Both the position numbers and the translations under genes were made by a program. The notes below the pieces were generated by a model. That model did not search any database. It was not told where the DNA came from and saw only the letters and a program-made list of their open reading frames with translations. From contig JBMZXF010000002.1 in NCBI GenBank assembly GCA_049627345.1, forward strand, positions 4,995 to 68,994: a stretch of 64,000 nucleotides of DNA. Direction: 5' to 3'. Source of the stretch: Poseidonia sp. (GTDB taxonomy: Archaea > Thermoplasmatota > Poseidoniia > Poseidoniales > Poseidoniaceae). This document shows, piece after piece, positions 62,483 to 64,000 of the stretch (its first letter is position 1; each line of letters opens with the position of its first letter).

Positions 62483-63529
62483 TCAACCGAACAGCCGCTG
62501 CGAAATGTCGGTGAAGCGGTCCACGTCCTCATCGGTGATGTGGAGATGCACCACCACACGAATTCGGTTGTCGCTCAGGTCGAACATGTCAACGCCGTTG
62601 GCAGCGTACTGCTCGACCACCTCAGCCGCGGGGCGGTTCGTGGTGGCATAGACCATGTTGGTCTGGACGGTCGCGAGGTCGACGGTGAATTCGGGGAGTT
62701 CGTTGAGCATGACAGCAATGCGCTGAGCACGCTCGTGGTCCTCTTGCAGGCGGTCAACGTGATGGTCAAGGGCATGCAGGCAAGCCGATGCGAGCAGACC
62801 CGCTTGCCGCCAGCCACCGCCGAACAATTTGCGCCACCGATGAGCCTTGGCGATGAACGCCGACGAGCCCACCAGGACCGAGCCAACCGGCGCACCGAGC
62901 CCTTTGGAGAAGCAAATGGAGACCGAATCGTAGTGCTGACACATGCGTGCGACATCAACGCCCGTGGCGATGGCGGCGTTGAAAATTCGAGCCCCGTCGA
63001 TGTGCGTGGCGCACCCCAAGGAAGCAGCAACCTTGGCGATGTCATCCAGCGTGGTTTGGTCGTAGCAGGAGCCACCGCCGAGGTTGGACGTGTTTTCAAC
63101 GCACACCAGCGAACCGTTGGGGTAGTGGCTGCCCGAACCTTCCGCCTTTCGAACGGCAGAACGGACCTGTTCGGGCGTCATCAGACCGCCCTCGCCGTCG
63201 ACCAGAGCGATGGAAGCGCCGCAGAGCGCAGCATAACCGCCGCCTTCGTAGCGGTAAATGTGAGCGGTTTTGTCGCACACGATCTCGTCGCCCGGCACGG
63301 TGTGGGTTCGGAGGGCAATGGCGTTTGACATCGTTCCGGAGGCCACGAACAATGCGGCTTCTTTACCAAACATGGCGGCCACGCGATCTTGAAGTTCAAT
63401 CACGGTCGGGTCGTCTCCGAGCACGTCGTCACCCACCGATGCTTCGTGCATGGCTTGGCGCATGACGGTCGTGGGTTGCGTGACCGTGTCAGAACGGAAG
63501 TCAATTCGGGAGGAGGGGTGTTCCCGCAT
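62483..63529 (-). CDS. ltaE: Low-specificity L-threonine aldolase (PLP-dependent)
   Basis: [19 protein letters not shown]...[22 protein letters not shown], and the PLP-lysine context [12 protein letters not shown]. Confidence 0.9.
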   Translation of the reverse strand: MREHPSSRIDFRSDTVTQPTTVMRQAMHEASVGDDVLGDDPTVIELQDRVAAMFGKEAALFVASGTMSNAIALRTHTVPGDEIVCDKTAHIYRYEGGGYAALCGASIALVDGEGGLMTPEQVRSAVRKAEGSGSHYPNGSLVCVENTSNLGGGSCYDQTTLDDIAKVAASLGCATHIDGARIFNAAIATGVDVARMCQHYDSVSICFSKGLGAPVGSVLVGSSAFIAKAHRWRKLFGGGWRQAGLLASACLHALDHHVDRLQEDHERAQRIAVMLNELPEFTVDLATVQTNMVYATTNRPAAEVVEQYAANGVDMFDLSDNRIRVVVHLHITDEDVDRFTDISQRLFG

Positions 63530-63566
63530 GAGCTTGGCTCAACGCTCTCCTTCATCAATGCGGTGA

Positions 63567-63983
63567 TTAGAGCAATTTCAGGTGGCCTGTCAACTCATCA
63601 AGAGCCATCTCGTTGAACGGGCCGAGGGCCAACACCGTGGCAGAGCCTTTCGGAATCTGCGTGTGACCCGCATCCCGGACGAGATGAACGGGGATGTTTT
63701 GCTGGCGAGCAAGGTGAGTGAGGGCGTCAAAGTCGGAGGCTTCCGGTGTTTTCACGCAGATTTTCTTCTGTCCTTCGGCCAACCATGCCTCGACGTGGTG
63801 AGGATGGCTCGCTCCTGCGCCGAGGAAGGCTTGAATGGAGGCATGGCCGACCTGAGCGGCGATTTTGCCCTTGCCCATTTTCAAGGACTGATTCACCACG
63901 CACACCAGTTTCATCGAACCTTCCACCGGCTCGCCCGAGGGCGTGGGGGCTGTGATGCGGTGAAGGAACGACCGAAATCCCAT
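63567..63983 (-). CDS. pth2: Peptidyl-tRNA hydrolase, archaeal/eukaryotic Pth2 type
   Basis: KLVCVVNQSLKMGKGKIAAQVGHASIQAF ... IPVHLVRDAGHTQIPKGSATVLALGP is the Pth2 signature. The conserved core begins at Met24 (ATG at 63914). The 23-aa N-terminal extension from 63983 may or may not be translated. Confidence 0.85.
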   Translation of the reverse strand: MGFRSFLHRITAPTPSGEPVEGSMKLVCVVNQSLKMGKGKIAAQVGHASIQAFLGAGASHPHHVEAWLAEGQKKICVKTPEASDFDALTHLARQQNIPVHLVRDAGHTQIPKGSATVLALGPFNEMALDELTGHLKLL

Positions 63984-64000
63984 CCGTTCACCTCACAACG

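Noticed and set aside
1-64000. Searched by eye for CRISPR arrays, rRNA genes, transposases or integrases (especially next to the tRNA), prophage-like blocks and abrupt compositional islands.
   Set aside because: None were found. The only low-GC patches (5846-6010 and 57830-57960) are promoter-containing intergenic regions. Codon usage of the unusual genes (AddAB-like, PIN, 788-aa ORF) looks native, so there is no direct evidence for a recent mobile-element insertion.

Overview
GC-rich, very gene-dense chromosomal segment: 49 protein genes and 1 tRNA called here. Most intergenic gaps are under 130 bp, several gene pairs overlap by 1-4 nt at start/stop, and several convergent 3' ends overlap. 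The host looks archaeal. Markers are RadA recombinase, an initiator tRNA-Met with an A1:U72 pair, Pth2-type peptidyl-tRNA hydrolase, a TFIIB-ribbon (TFB-like) protein, Fap7-type NTPase, a RaSEA-like radical SAM protein, a CDP-alcohol phosphatidyltransferase plus phosphatidylserine decarboxylase pair, and TATA-like boxes about 21-23 nt upstream of many start codons. The acidic proteins, giant secreted repeat proteins and streamlined layout suggest a planktonic marine Thermoplasmatota (Poseidoniales / Marine Group II-like) genome. That placement is inference only. Housekeeping content includes radA, ftsZ, icd, a malic enzyme-PTA fusion, an MMPL/RND transporter, a pabC plus pabB-pabA cluster, proline iminopeptidase, threonine aldolase, rlmH, a PduO-type adenosyltransferase, and Nudix and DHH hydrolases. 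The items most worth a second look are: (1) a coupled AddB/AddA-like helicase-nuclease gene pair (48968-57639), normally a bacterial machine; (2) an 1151-aa all-helical protein ending in a PIN nuclease domain (11567-15022); (3) a 2779-aa membrane-anchored surface protein with propeller-like and Fn3-like repeats (27879-36218), plus a second partial surface protein missing from the ORF track (1-2585); (4) a roughly 13-TM membrane protein with a C-terminal canonical EF-hand pair, translationally coupled to a TGS-domain GTPase (39627-43209); (5) a 788-aa basic His/Trp/Arg-rich protein I cannot place in any family (60084-62450); (6) a consistent TATA-box/leaderless promoter pattern that corrects several start codons. 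I saw no CRISPR array, rRNA, transposase or integrase. Many long ORFs in the supplied track are antisense shadows of real genes, as expected at high GC.
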